This document shows positions 27,277 to 27,674 of a stretch of 27,674 nucleotides of DNA, piece by piece. Within the stretch, counting starts at the first letter, position 1. Each line of letters starts with the position of its first letter. The position numbers and the translations under genes are program-made. The notes beneath the pieces are model-generated. The model was not told the DNA's origin, did no database searches, and saw nothing but the letters and a program-made list of their open reading frames with translations. Source of the stretch: a virus (taxonomy: Duplodnaviria; Caudoviricetes); IMG/VR virus record IMGVR_UViG_3300031519_000171, positions 1 through 27,674 of that record; one strand, 5' to 3'.

Positions 27277-27291
27277 CTCGCCGGAGGCGAG
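27277..27291 (+). promoter_or_regulatory. vRNAP-type hairpin CTCGCC-GGA-GGCGAG upstream of the RNAP II genes
   Basis: Perfect 6-bp stem with GGA triloop, 43 nt upstream of the RNAP1 start; RNAP II genes are vRNAP-transcribed early genes in N4. Confidence 0.72.
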
Positions 27292-27303
27292 CACAACTAG
27301 AAC

Positions 27304-27329
27304 AGGACTATCTTACTAGGACTATCTTA
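27304..27329. repeat. 12-bp direct repeat AGGACTATCTTA x2
   Basis: Copies at 27304-27315 and 27318-27329. Confidence 0.7.
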
Positions 27330-27335
27330 TTTATA

Positions 27336-27394
27336 GTACCTATCCAGTGAGTAGCCAGGTGGCGAATGCCACTGGCTATTCACAAGGCAGGTAC
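27336..27394. other. Long imperfect stem-loop
   Basis: GTACCT...GTGAGTAGCCAGGTGGC-GAAT-GCCACTGGCTATTCAC...AGGTAC. Confidence 0.65.
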
Positions 27395-27399
27395 GGTAC

Positions 27400-27519
27400 T
27401 TAAATATCTCGGTAAACGGTGAGCCAAACCCATATACCAAAGATGATTATAATAGCTTCAACTAAAGCTATTGCACATATGATGTAGCCTTCAATAGACA
27501 TTGGGTCTAAATGTATCAT
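27400..27519 (-). CDS. Small single-pass membrane protein, 39 aa
   Basis: Translated by hand: MIHLDPMSIEGYIICAIALVEAIIIIFGIWVWLTVYRDI; TAATG overlap with the upstream ORF; AGGGG RBS. Confidence 0.6.
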   Translation of the reverse strand: MIHLDPMSIEGYIICAIALVEAIIIIFGIWVWLTVYRDI

Positions 27520-27674
27520 TATACACCCCTTGTACTAAAAACACTTAGTATAAAGTTTTGAAGGGCTAGTACACTTTCCTTACTCATTTTACGAGGAGTA
27601 AAGTTACGATGATTAAACTCATCTGGCTTTATGTCTATACTTTTACCTACATAAAGAGCAGTAAACATAGCATC
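27519..27674 (-). CDS. Hypothetical protein, truncated by the window edge
   Basis: Frame open from the window end to a TAA at 27519-27521. Confidence 0.5.
   Translation of the reverse strand, partial: DAMFTALYVGKSIDIKPDEFNHRNFTPRKMSKESVLALQNFILSVFSTRGV

Noticed and set aside
27304-27329. CRISPR or mini-array
   Set aside because: Only two 12-bp copies with a 2-nt gap; no spacer structure seen anywhere in the window.
1-27674. Stop-codon reassignment
   Set aside because: Genes tile densely under the standard code, with TAA, TAG and TGA all used as stops.

Overview
AT-rich fragment of an N4-like (Schitoviridae-type) lytic phage genome. The + strand carries the 5'-truncated giant virion RNA polymerase (vRNAP): cysteine-free, with T7-like catalytic motifs and a C-terminal HExxH motif. 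Converging on it from the - strand, read from the right end, is the early/middle block: two-subunit RNA polymerase II split by an inserted ORF; an accessory region (HTH protein, small Zn-finger, DUF3310-like protein, HTH-metallophosphoesterase, small unknown ORFs); MoxR-like AAA ATPase plus HExxH/vWA partner; SF1 helicase; family A DNA polymerase; PD-(D/E)XK nuclease; primase; Sak4-like ATPase; SSB; RuvC-like resolvase. Non-coding signals not explained by the genes are (i) at least eight CC-GNA-GG triloop hairpins of the N4 vRNAP-promoter type, all on the template strand and spread deep into the replication genes, some inside codons; (ii) a ~93-nt non-canonical tRNA-like RNA in an extra closing stem just downstream of one such hairpin; (iii) long imperfect stem-loops in most early-region intergenic gaps. 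All calls come from reading motifs and synteny by eye; no database search was run.
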